Below, piece after piece: positions 37,932 to 46,526 of a DNA stretch of 64,000 bases; the first letter of the stretch is position 1; each line of letters opens with the position of its first letter. The DNA is from Alphaproteobacteria bacterium. GTDB lineage: Bacteria > Pseudomonadota > Alphaproteobacteria > GCA-2731375. Made by a program: the position numbers and the translations under genes. Location of the stretch: positions 2,432,001 to 2,496,000 of the forward strand of contig CBDDPY010000002.1 of assembly GCA_965232515.1 (NCBI GenBank), in the 5' to 3' direction. The notes under the pieces are model-generated. The model had not been told where the DNA came from, did no database searches, and saw only the letters and a program-made list of their open reading frames with translations.

Positions 37932-38032
37932 CGTCTCTCTCCCACGTCTGGTTCCGACAATTGTCGCCCGGCGAGCCTTAACGGAACGTAAAGACCGCGA
38001 CGGCCACAAAGGCGGACCGGCAGGCCGTGGAT

Positions 38033-38160
38033 TGTCTCAGATTGAGAATGGCGCATCGGCGGCTGTTCCAAATCAGGTCAATCTTGCGCGACCCGAGACA
38101 GCACATCTTTTCCTAAACCGTTGAAATAATTGCGAAACGCAAGTTGGCATATAACCTGCT
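38033..38160 (+). promoter_or_regulatory. Sigma54 promoter with enhancer-like sites and IHF-like site
   Basis: TTGGCATATAACCTGCT (38144-38160) has exact GG-N10-GC spacing; minus-strand TTTCAACGGTTTA (38114-38126) is IHF-like; 17-bp sites related to TGTCTCA-N3-TGAGACA start at 38033, 38064 and 38084. Confidence 0.65.
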
Positions 38161-38210
38161 TCAACATCTGCGTTGTTTACTAGTAACCGCGTAATCGGAC
38201 GGAGGGCGTC

Positions 38211-38318
38211 TTGCGCAATCTTTCTTCCACCCAACGAGGCATGCTTATCGCCGTATTCAGCGCGCTTTGGCTGATGTCGTGCACGGGTCTCGTCTACTGG
38301 TCCTATCTGGTCCACTAA
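38211..38318 (+). CDS. 35-aa single-TM peptide B (absent from ORF track)
   Basis: GGAGGG RBS, TTG start; MRNLSSTQRGMLIAVFSALWLMSCTGLVYWSYLVH; 10 of 34 positions identical to peptide A without gaps. Confidence 0.65.
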   Translation: MRNLSSTQRGMLIAVFSALWLMSCTGLVYWSYLVH

Positions 38319-38531
38319 AGCTCGTATCGGCTTGGTCGTCACACCTACCGCCGGTTCCGCATCCGACAACGATTAGTTCAGACTTTTCCCCCATGTTAGG
38401 GGATCGGCCGCAGAAGCGGACCTCCACGTATCCACGAAAAGGCAACGCGCCGGGCACGGCGCCGCGCAAAGCTTCGGACCGGGATCGCCATCAATTGCCC
38501 CGGTCGGCGGAGCTGCCGAATGGAGACGACA

Positions 38532-38726
38532 ATGGAAATTAGTCCCAACAATCCCAGTCCTTCCCAGGGCCTGAAGCTTCCCGCCGCCACCGAGCAACGT
38601 ACGGCCGAAGCGCCGGAACGTAATGCCGAACGCGACCGCCGAGAGGTGGACGAGACCTCGCGCGAGCGCATTCAGCGCTCGGACGCCGGTCCCGGCGTCG
38701 GCCGCCGGGTCGATTTCGAGGTCTGA
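38532..38726 (+). CDS. Small hydrophilic protein with C-terminal GxGxxVDxxV motif
   Basis: GGAG RBS; low-complexity body ending GVGRRVDFEV. Confidence 0.6.
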   Translation: MEISPNNPSPSQGLKLPAATEQRTAEAPERNAERDRREVDETSRERIQRSDAGPGVGRRVDFEV

Positions 38727-38728
38727 CG

Positions 38729-39661
38729 TCAGCCGAAGATCGACAGCCCAAGCCTTTTTGACAGGAAGGCCATCACGGCCATGCCGGCGACGCTGTTGCC
38801 CTTGGGTCCAAGCGCCGGGCCGTAGCTGGCGATCGCCATGCGGCCGGGCACGACCGACAGGATGGCGCCGCTGACCGCGCTCTTCGCCGGCAGCCCCACC
38901 CGTACGGCATAGTCGCCGACCTCGTCGTAGAGACCGCAGGTGGTCATCAGCGCGACCACCGTGCGCGCGCAATCGGCATCGATGACGCGCCGGCCGCTCA
39001 CCGGATCGACCCCGGCATTCGCCATAAACAGGCCAATGCGGGCGAGACGCCGGGCCGTGACGCCGATGGCGCATTGCCGGAAGTAGGCGTCGACGGCCAG
39101 ATCGGGGTCATCGATGCGCCCATGCTGCCGCATGAAATGCGCCAGTGCCCGGTTGCGAAAGCCCGTTGCCGCCTCTGACCGGTAAACCGCTTCATCCACC
39201 GCAAACGGGGTCTGATCGCAGATCTCCGCCAGGAACGCCTGCAGCGCCGCCACCTTGGCGGCGGCGTCGGCGCCCGGCAGCAGCCCGCTGACCAGGATCG
39301 CGCCGGCATTGATATAGGGGTTTCGCGGCCGGCCGCGCTCCTCCTCCAGGCGGACGATGGAATGAAAGGCATCGCCGCTCGGCTCCACCGAGACGTGATC
39401 GAACACGGCCATGCCGTGCGACTGCATGGCGCAGGCGAGTGCGAAGACCTTGCCCGCGCTCTGCAGCGTGAATGGCGTGTCCGCGTCGCCAACGGCATGG
39501 CAGGCGCCGTCGAGCGTGCAGATCGCGATGCCCAGTTCCGCCGGATCGGCCTTTGCCAGCTCGGGAATATAGTGCGCGACCCGTCCATCGCCTGTCCGCG
39601 CCAGGCCAAGCCGGTGCGCTTCCGCAAGGATCGCGTCGAGGTCGTCGGTCGCGTCAGCCAT
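38729..39661 (-). CDS. glsA: Glutaminase A
   Basis: YIPELAKAD, FTLQSAGK (SxxK), EPSGDAF, RNPYINAGA, TCGLYD, GLPAKSAVSG, GPKGNSVAG. Confidence 0.95.
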   Translation of the reverse strand: MADATDDLDAILAEAHRLGLARTGDGRVAHYIPELAKADPAELGIAICTLDGACHAVGDADTPFTLQSAGKVFALACAMQSHGMAVFDHVSVEPSGDAFHSIVRLEEERGRPRNPYINAGAILVSGLLPGADAAAKVAALQAFLAEICDQTPFAVDEAVYRSEAATGFRNRALAHFMRQHGRIDDPDLAVDAYFRQCAIGVTARRLARIGLFMANAGVDPVSGRRVIDADCARTVVALMTTCGLYDEVGDYAVRVGLPAKSAVSGAILSVVPGRMAIASYGPALGPKGNSVAGMAVMAFLSKRLGLSIFG

Positions 39662-39684
39662 ACGGTCGAAGCTGGTGGGCGGAT

Positions 39685-40566
39685 CTACCGCCAGCAGCCG
39701 ACGCGGGCGACGAACGGCTTCGCCGCATCGAACGCCATCTGCCGGTCGAGCACGTCGATCGACTCGCCGGTCTGGTAGCGCACGTCATGTTTGTCCAGGA
39801 AATCGAAGATCTGCCGGTTGCGCACCGCGACGCCGATATCGGGCATCACCTTGCCGGTCTGCTGATAGATCGCCGCCGTGTTGAACTTGGCGTGGATGAT
39901 GCCGATCACATGGCCGGTTTCGTCCAGCACCGGGCTGCCGCTGTTGCCGGGCCGGACGTCGCCCCGCACGAAAAACCGGCTGGCCGCGATCGTCGTGCCC
40001 TCGGGCCGATAGATCACGCCCTCGGTATAGAACGGCTTGCGGGGCGCAATGCCCTGGGTCGGATAGCCGACCAGATCGGCGCGGCTGCCGATCCGCATGC
40101 CGGCGCCGTTCCGGAATGCCGCGGTCGCCGGCGCCGCCAGGTCGATGTCCAGCAACGCCAGGTCATAGCGTTCCAGCATGCCCAGAACCTTGGCGCGGCG
40201 CTGCTCGCCCGTCGTGGTTTCGACGGTGTTGACGTCGCACTTGTCGACATTGTGCTTGTTGGTCAGCAGCTTGCCGTCGGCGGCCACGAAAAAGCCGGTG
40301 CCGACGCTGATCAGGTCGCGGTCCGGCACCAATGGCGGCGGGCCGCCTTTCAGGGCCCGCTGCATGCGCTGGATGCGCGCCGCCTTGATCTCGGCCGCGC
40401 GCGCTTCGTTGACCACCTCGCCGTCGCATTTGTGCGCCAGCATGCGCGACACCGTCTGGCGCGCGACATCGTGACAATAGACCACGCTCGACTGCGCGAC
40501 GGCCGCCTCGCCGCCGAGCGCCAACACGGCGCCAAGCCATGCCCAAATGAACAGTCGCAACATCAT
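39685..40566 (-). CDS. Secreted trypsin-like serine protease
   Basis: Signal peptide; GTGFFV, TNKHNV (His), DLALL (Asp), GNSGSP (Ser). Confidence 0.9.
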   Translation of the reverse strand: MMLRLFIWAWLGAVLALGGEAAVAQSSVVYCHDVARQTVSRMLAHKCDGEVVNEARAAEIKAARIQRMQRALKGGPPPLVPDRDLISVGTGFFVAADGKLLTNKHNVDKCDVNTVETTTGEQRRAKVLGMLERYDLALLDIDLAAPATAAFRNGAGMRIGSRADLVGYPTQGIAPRKPFYTEGVIYRPEGTTIAASRFFVRGDVRPGNSGSPVLDETGHVIGIIHAKFNTAAIYQQTGKVMPDIGVAVRNRQIFDFLDKHDVRYQTGESIDVLDRQMAFDAAKPFVARVGCWR

Positions 40567-40613
40567 GTCCCGATCAATAATCCATGCCGGTTTCGGCGGC
40601 GTTACCGCGCGTA

Positions 40614-43100
40614 TCAGGCGGTGCTCATATTCTCGCCCAGCCGCTCGCGCGCGACCCGCTCGATAACCTCGCAAAGCTCGGGATCGACGTCCAGCAACTT
40701 ACGAAAGTCCTGCACGTACAGCACCAGCAGATCGCAGAAGCCCAGCGCCTTGACGTCGGCCACCCGCGGCATTTCGGTCAACAGGGCAATCTCGCCGAAC
40801 AGATCGCCGCTGCCGAGCTGCACCGGCTCGGACAGCGCCACTTCCACGGCGCCGTTGGAGATGAAATACATGGCGTCGCCGACATCGCCCTTCCGCATGA
40901 TCAGCTCGCCCGGCAGCGCCAGGCGCGGCTTCAGCAGGCCGACGATCTCGGCGATGCGCTCGGCCGGCAGGTCGCGGAAGAACGGCACCTTGGCGACCAG
41001 CTTCTCCGGCTCCAGCCCGAGATCGAGCCGCGGCAGCTCGGCCAGCTCGTGCGCCCGCGCCTCGACCTCGCGCTCGAGGTCGTCATAGACCTCGTTGTTG
41101 ATGACGGACTCCTCCAGCATGGCGTGGTAGTCCGCCTCCTCCAGGCGCAGCGCGATACGGACCAGGTGGCATTCCTGCAAACGCCGGGCATAGTCGGGAT
41201 ATTGCAACCGCAAGGCGGCGAGCGCCGTTTCCGTCGCCGCCATGCGGTTCTGCACCAACTGCCGCAGGGTCGCGCCGGTGGTCTCGCCCAGCATCGTCGC
41301 GACGCGCGGCAGACCTCGGTTCAGGACCTCGCGCAGCACGCTCTGTTTTTCCAGCAAGACTTCAAATCGCTCGGCAATGCGCATGGCGAGCGGCCCCTGC
41401 CGGCCGAACCGGCGATGCAGCTGCAGCGCCAGCTTGAAGCCGGCCTCGAAGCCGAGATTGCGCCGCACCGCCGCCTCGTAGCCGGCGACGCCACGGGCCT
41501 TCAGCCCATCGAGCGCGTCATCCACGTGCACCAGCAACAACCGCGTGATTTCCGGCTCGATGAAGCCCTCGGCGAAGTGATGCAGATAGATCTTGCGTTC
41601 CTGATTGGCCAGCGTCGCCAGGCCGGTGCGCACGCGGTCGGCCTCCGACATGCCTTGCAGCTGATCGGCCGAGGCTTCGACTTCGGCGACGCGGTCACGG
41701 TACTGCCGCACGACATTCTCGGCCAGATCGGGATCGACCTCCTGCTCGCCGGCCGCCTTCTCGATGCTCTCGCCGATCTTGGCGAGCGACAGCGCCATCG
41801 CCCGGTTGCGGATCGCCAGATCCGCCGGCGACAGCTTGTCGAGACCGAACATCGCCAGCACAGGGCGCATGGTCGTCGCGTTGACGAACAGCGTGAACAG
41901 CACGAAGCCGGTCACCAACACGCCGATGAAGCGCTGGATCTCGGGCGCGATCGCGGCGTTTTCCATGACCGCCAGCGCCAGCGCCAGCGAGACCGCCCCG
42001 CGCAGGCCGCCCCAGAACATCACCGTCTTGAACGCCATGTCGACCCGCTGGCCGAGGCGCACCCGACGCATCAGCGGGATCAGGCCGTAGATCACCACGG
42101 CCCGCGCGGCAAAGGCAGTGACGATCACCAGGCCGACGAGCAGAAACTCGCGGCCGCTGATGTCGGCCATGATGCTGGGCACGGCCAGGCCGACCAGCAC
42201 GAAGATCAGCGAATTGGCCCAGAAACCGATCTGCTCCCAGGTCTCGGTCAGTATATGCCAGGTGTTGGGCGAGATCGTGGTGCGGCCATAGGAGCCGACG
42301 ACCAATGCCGCCACGACAACCGCGACGACGCCGGAGACGTGGAGATAGTGCTCGGCGATGATGAAGGTCAGATACGCGAGGCTGATGGTCAGCGTCACCT
42401 CGACCAGCGGCACGTCGCGCAGGCGCGCGATCACCGCGCAGACCGCCCGCGCGCAGAGATAGCCAACGACACCGCCGCCGACGAAGACCTTGATAAAGGT
42501 CAGGCTGCCGGACAGCACGCCCGTGTCCTCGGCGCCCAGCAGCATCGCCGCCAGGATCGTGAACATGACGATGGCGGTCGCGTCGTTGAACAGGCTCTCG
42601 CCCTCGACCAGGATCGCGAGGCGCTTCGGGGCGCCCAGATCCTTGAAGATCGCCACCACCGCGACCGGATCCGTCGCGGAGACGATGGCGCCCAGCAGCA
42701 GGCAGGCGATGAGGCCGACGCCCGCGACGGCGTGCAGCGTGTAGCCGACGACGAAGGTCGAAATCAGCAACCCGGCCACGGCCAGGAACAGGATCGGCCC
42801 GATATCGTCCAGCAGACGCCGCACGTCGATCGCCAGCGCCGCCTCGAACACCAACGCGGGCAGGAACACGAACAGCACCGCGTCGGACGTAATCTCGAAA
42901 CCTTTGAGGGCGCCCAGGAAATCGCCGACCGGACCGACCTGCACCGCCTCGCCCAGCAGCGAAACCGCGCCCAGGACACAGCCGACCACCGCCAGCAGAA
43001 CCGTGTAGGGAAAGTTCAGCCGTCGCGCCGCCGGCAGCATCAGAACGGCCAGCGCCAGCAACCCGGCCAGCCCCAACACCGTCGCCCACAACTCCCCCAT
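40614..43100 (-). CDS. CPA1 Na+/H+ antiporter with C-terminal cyclic nucleotide-binding domain
   Basis: FLPALVFEAA, SATDPVAV, EGESLFNDA, GGLRGAVSLAL; CNBD GDAMYFI...FGEIALLTEMPRVADV. Confidence 0.93.
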   Translation of the reverse strand: MGELWATVLGLAGLLALAVLMLPAARRLNFPYTVLLAVVGCVLGAVSLLGEAVQVGPVGDFLGALKGFEITSDAVLFVFLPALVFEAALAIDVRRLLDDIGPILFLAVAGLLISTFVVGYTLHAVAGVGLIACLLLGAIVSATDPVAVVAIFKDLGAPKRLAILVEGESLFNDATAIVMFTILAAMLLGAEDTGVLSGSLTFIKVFVGGGVVGYLCARAVCAVIARLRDVPLVEVTLTISLAYLTFIIAEHYLHVSGVVAVVVAALVVGSYGRTTISPNTWHILTETWEQIGFWANSLIFVLVGLAVPSIMADISGREFLLVGLVIVTAFAARAVVIYGLIPLMRRVRLGQRVDMAFKTVMFWGGLRGAVSLALALAVMENAAIAPEIQRFIGVLVTGFVLFTLFVNATTMRPVLAMFGLDKLSPADLAIRNRAMALSLAKIGESIEKAAGEQEVDPDLAENVVRQYRDRVAEVEASADQLQGMSEADRVRTGLATLANQERKIYLHHFAEGFIEPEITRLLLVHVDDALDGLKARGVAGYEAAVRRNLGFEAGFKLALQLHRRFGRQGPLAMRIAERFEVLLEKQSVLREVLNRGLPRVATMLGETTGATLRQLVQNRMAATETALAALRLQYPDYARRLQECHLVRIALRLEEADYHAMLEESVINNEVYDDLEREVEARAHELAELPRLDLGLEPEKLVAKVPFFRDLPAERIAEIVGLLKPRLALPGELIMRKGDVGDAMYFISNGAVEVALSEPVQLGSGDLFGEIALLTEMPRVADVKALGFCDLLVLYVQDFRKLLDVDPELCEVIERVARERLGENMSTA

Positions 43101-43244
43101 CGGCGCCCGCCCCTGTCGAAATCGCCCCCGCGGGCGAATCGTCGCCGCGGCGGTCTTTCAATTACCTTAGCAAATTCCGGCGTCGGAACGACGCCGCTCG
43201 ATCGGCGGCGGACCGAATGGCAAATCGACGCCCCGCGCTTGCGC

Positions 43245-43391
43245 CTAGAAGCAGGTGAATCCGGCGACGCTGAGATCCCAAACGATCTCGAAGCCGTGCG
43301 TCAGCCAAAGGTAGCCGCCCGACGCGATCGCCAGCAGCGAAAGCAGGACAACAGGCCCGTATGGGAATGTGCCCGCGGGTCTCGGTCTCAT
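43245..43391 (-). CDS. 48-aa membrane peptide coupled to the MFS gene
   Basis: ATGA overlap with the MFS stop; MRPRPAGTFPYGPVVLLSLLAIASGGYLWLTHGFEIVWDLSVAGFTCF. Confidence 0.55.
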   Translation of the reverse strand: MRPRPAGTFPYGPVVLLSLLAIASGGYLWLTHGFEIVWDLSVAGFTCF

Positions 43392-44590
43392 GCCGCAACT
43401 TCGGCGACGGACGCGCCCGAGGCGATCGGGCGTTCCCGTATCGGCCAGTGCAGCAGGGCCGAGAGGACCGCGAGGCCGATACTCGCGATCCACATGACGT
43501 CGTAGGAACCGAGGACGTCGAACGCATAGCCGCCGAACCAGGCGCCAAGAAAGCCGCCGATCTGATGGCCCAGAAAGACCATGCCGAAGACCATCGACAT
43601 GTACCGGGTGCCGAAGATCGCGCCGACCAGGCCGCTGGTCAACGGCACCGTACCCAACCAGGTGACGCCGATGAGCGCGGCAAAGATCAGCACCGACAGG
43701 GGCGTCACGGGCACCAGAATAAAGCCGACGAAGATTCCCGCACGCAGCAGGTAGAGCGAGCTCAACACGAATTTCTTCGGATACCTGTCGCCCAGCCAAC
43801 CGCACAGGTAGCAGCCGACGATGTTCGCGATCCCGACAACGGTCAACGCGCTGGCCGCCAGCCACGGATCGAAGCCCTTGTCCGACAGGTATCCGGGGAG
43901 ATGAATGGCCACAAAGGCGAGATGGAAACCGCAGACCGTGAACCCGGCATTGAGCAGCCAAAAGCTCTTCGCGCCACACGCCGCGCGAAAAGCGGCCGAC
44001 ATCGATTGCGAACCCGTCGGTATCTCGGCAGCGCGACGACCGGCGACGCCAAAGGCCAGCGGCGTGATCAGCAACGCCGTCGCGCTCAGGACGATGAGGC
44101 TCGTCGCCCAGCCGGTGCCGTCAATCAGGACGTGGGTGTAGGGCAGCGCCACGAATTGACCGATCGACCCGCCAACCGAGACCAGGCCGAGCGCCGCGCC
44201 GCGCCGCGCCGGGTGAACTGCCCGACCGACCGTGCCCAATATGACCGTGAAGCCGGAACCGCTGAGTCCAAGACCGATCAGGACGCCACCGAGCAACAGC
44301 TGATCGCCAGATCCGCCAAACGTCATCACCCACAGGCCACACCCGTAAGCGACGCCGGCGGCCGCGACGACGCGCCCGGCCCCATAGCGATCGGCCAGAG
44401 CGCCCGCCAGGGGAGCGCCCAAGCCCCAAAGCAGGTTCATCAGCCCCATGCTCAACGCGAAGGTCTCGCGCCCGATCCCGAGGTCCATCGAGATCGGCGT
44501 CAGATAGAGCCCGAGGCCCTGACGCAGCCCAATAGACAGCGCCAAAATGCAGCTCGCGGACAGAACGATTACCCAAATCCCGGCCTTCAC
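43388..44590 (-). CDS. MFS transporter
   Basis: GALADRYGAGR, GFTVCGFHLAF, HQIGGFLGAW; about 12 TM helices. Confidence 0.92.
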   Translation of the reverse strand: MKAGIWVIVLSASCILALSIGLRQGLGLYLTPISMDLGIGRETFALSMGLMNLLWGLGAPLAGALADRYGAGRVVAAAGVAYGCGLWVMTFGGSGDQLLLGGVLIGLGLSGSGFTVILGTVGRAVHPARRGAALGLVSVGGSIGQFVALPYTHVLIDGTGWATSLIVLSATALLITPLAFGVAGRRAAEIPTGSQSMSAAFRAACGAKSFWLLNAGFTVCGFHLAFVAIHLPGYLSDKGFDPWLAASALTVVGIANIVGCYLCGWLGDRYPKKFVLSSLYLLRAGIFVGFILVPVTPLSVLIFAALIGVTWLGTVPLTSGLVGAIFGTRYMSMVFGMVFLGHQIGGFLGAWFGGYAFDVLGSYDVMWIASIGLAVLSALLHWPIRERPIASGASVAEVAA

Positions 44591-44681
44591 GCGAAACCCC
44601 GTCGTGACTGGTTCGAAATCGACAGGCGTGGAGACTAGAGGCCATTTACTTATTCTGAAAACGAATTAATATGATGGAATA

Positions 44682-44696
44682 ATCAAGATCTGTGAT
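44682..44696. promoter_or_regulatory. LysR box ATCA-N7-TGAT
   Basis: ATCAAGATCTGTGAT just upstream of the LysR start, between divergent LysR and MFS genes. Confidence 0.6.
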
Positions 44697-44701
44697 ATCT
44701 G

Positions 44702-45601
44702 ATGAATTCGGACCTGAATATCGATCTCCTGCGCGCGTTCATAGCGGTGGCCGAAACGCGCCATTTCACACGCGCCGCGGAACGTCTCAATCGCGGGCAA
44801 TCCGCGGTCAGTATGCAGATCAAACGGCTCGAAGAAGCCGTCGGTCAGAAGCTCCTGATCCGCAACCGACGCCACGTTACGCCCACCGTCGAGGGCGAGA
44901 AGCTTCTCGGCTATGCGCACCGCATGGTGCAGCTCAACGCGGAAGCCTTGTCGAGTTTCGGTCGCGACAGTGTCGCCGGCCTGGTTCGGCTCGGCGCCAC
45001 CGATACCTCGGTCTCTTACCTGCCGCCGGTGTTGGCCGCCTTCGCGGAACGCTATCCGTTGATCGAGCTGGAACTGAGTTGTAGCAGAAGTTGGGAAGCG
45101 CTCGACTCCTTCGAGGCCCGCGACGTCGACATCGCGCTTGTGTCCCAGCCATGCGGACGCGACACGGGCCTGCAGGTGCGGTCGGAACCGTTGTGCTGGG
45201 CCGTATCCGCGCGCAGCAACATCGCCGACCAGGATCCGTTGCCGCTGGCGATCTTTGCGCCAGGCTGTGTCTATCGGGACGCGGCCCTTAAGGCCCTTGA
45301 CGCCTGCGGCCGATCCTATCGTCTCGCCTATCACAGCCCGAACTGGGGCGGTCTGGACGCCGCGGTGTCCGCAGGCCTGGCGGTGACCATCCTGCCCGAG
45401 AGCGCGCTCACGCCCGTGCTGCGGCCGCTGGGGCCTGATCAGGGCATGCCAGCTTTGCCGCCGATAGAAATTCTTCTGTTCGCCCGGCAATCCGGTCAAT
45501 CCGATGCGGTCGCCGCCCTTGCGGATATCGTCGTTGAGACGCTCGACATCGCGACGATGCCGACGTTGACGACGTCTAACAGAGCCGCGTCCCGGCCATG
45601 A
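44702..45601 (+). CDS. LysR family regulator
   Basis: LLRAFIAVAETRHFTRAAERLNRGQSAVSMQIKRLEE HTH. Confidence 0.93.
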   Translation: MNSDLNIDLLRAFIAVAETRHFTRAAERLNRGQSAVSMQIKRLEEAVGQKLLIRNRRHVTPTVEGEKLLGYAHRMVQLNAEALSSFGRDSVAGLVRLGATDTSVSYLPPVLAAFAERYPLIELELSCSRSWEALDSFEARDVDIALVSQPCGRDTGLQVRSEPLCWAVSARSNIADQDPLPLAIFAPGCVYRDAALKALDACGRSYRLAYHSPNWGGLDAAVSAGLAVTILPESALTPVLRPLGPDQGMPALPPIEILLFARQSGQSDAVAALADIVVETLDIATMPTLTTSNRAASRP

Positions 45602-45656
45602 GCGCCACTATCGCCGGTCCGCTTCATGACCCCGGACCGGGCTGGTCGACCGCTGC

Positions 45657-46319
45657 CTAACGCCGTTTTGCGCCGGCGATCAGGGCGACGTTGCCGTGCA
45701 GGTGCAGGACGACCATCGACATGCCGGCGCTGGCGAACCAGTCGAAATAGTCGCCGAGGCTTGCCGGACGGTTGGTGTTGCTGAGATCTTCGACATAAGC
45801 CTCGAAGCTTTCGGCGGTGCGCATACCGTCGCCATGCAGCCGTTCGATTCGCCGCCAGATGCTCTGCTGCAGCGGGAACAGCTCGGCCTCTGTCAGCCGT
45901 AGCCGGTCGTACAGCAGGAAATAGCCGTCGTCGCTCATATGCTCGACCGCCCAGGCGATCACCGACTGCTTTGCCGCGTCGCTCAGGTCGTGAAAGGTCA
46001 GCGCGGAATAAACGATGCGGAAATAACCCCGTGGCAGGTCGATCTCCGAGGCCACCATCAGATCGCCCTCGACCGAACGCCAACGATCGCCGTATTTCGC
46101 CAGGTTTCCGGCCGCCTCCGCCAGTGCCTTCTCCGACACGTCGACGCCGGTGATCTGCAGATCCGGCCGCTTTTCCAGGATCAGACCGGCGACATAACCG
46201 CCGCCACAGCCGAGGTCGACCAGCCGGTCGCCCTGCGCCGTCTGCTCATCCACAACACTTGCTAAAATGTCGAGTTGCTCTGTCCGCGTCGGATGACGCT
46301 GAATAGGATCGTCCATCAT
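45657..46319 (-). CDS. Class I SAM-dependent methyltransferase
   Basis: LVDLGCGGG, ITGVDVS, SALTFHDL. Confidence 0.87.
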   Translation of the reverse strand: MMDDPIQRHPTRTEQLDILASVVDEQTAQGDRLVDLGCGGGYVAGLILEKRPDLQITGVDVSEKALAEAAGNLAKYGDRWRSVEGDLMVASEIDLPRGYFRIVYSALTFHDLSDAAKQSVIAWAVEHMSDDGYFLLYDRLRLTEAELFPLQQSIWRRIERLHGDGMRTAESFEAYVEDLSNTNRPASLGDYFDWFASAGMSMVVLHLHGNVALIAGAKRR

Positions 46320-46526
46320 GTACCGCCCTGCCGAGCCCGAACCGCGCTCGCCTTCAATATAGCATTTCAACCGCGACTCTTCAGCACCGCCGCGATCAAA
46401 ATTAACGCCGCCGCTCGGTTTGCCGCGTATCGGCCGCAACAATTTTGCGTCACTGAAGCTGCACTATTCGCTCATGCAAGGGGGTCGGCAGGTGGGCGTG
46501 CATGCCGCCATCGGCTGAACGCCGGC

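Noticed and set aside
37603-38318. Small peptides as Flp pilins or light-harvesting subunits
   Set aside because: No prepilin G-xxxxEY motif, no His within the TM helix, and no tad or puf genes nearby.
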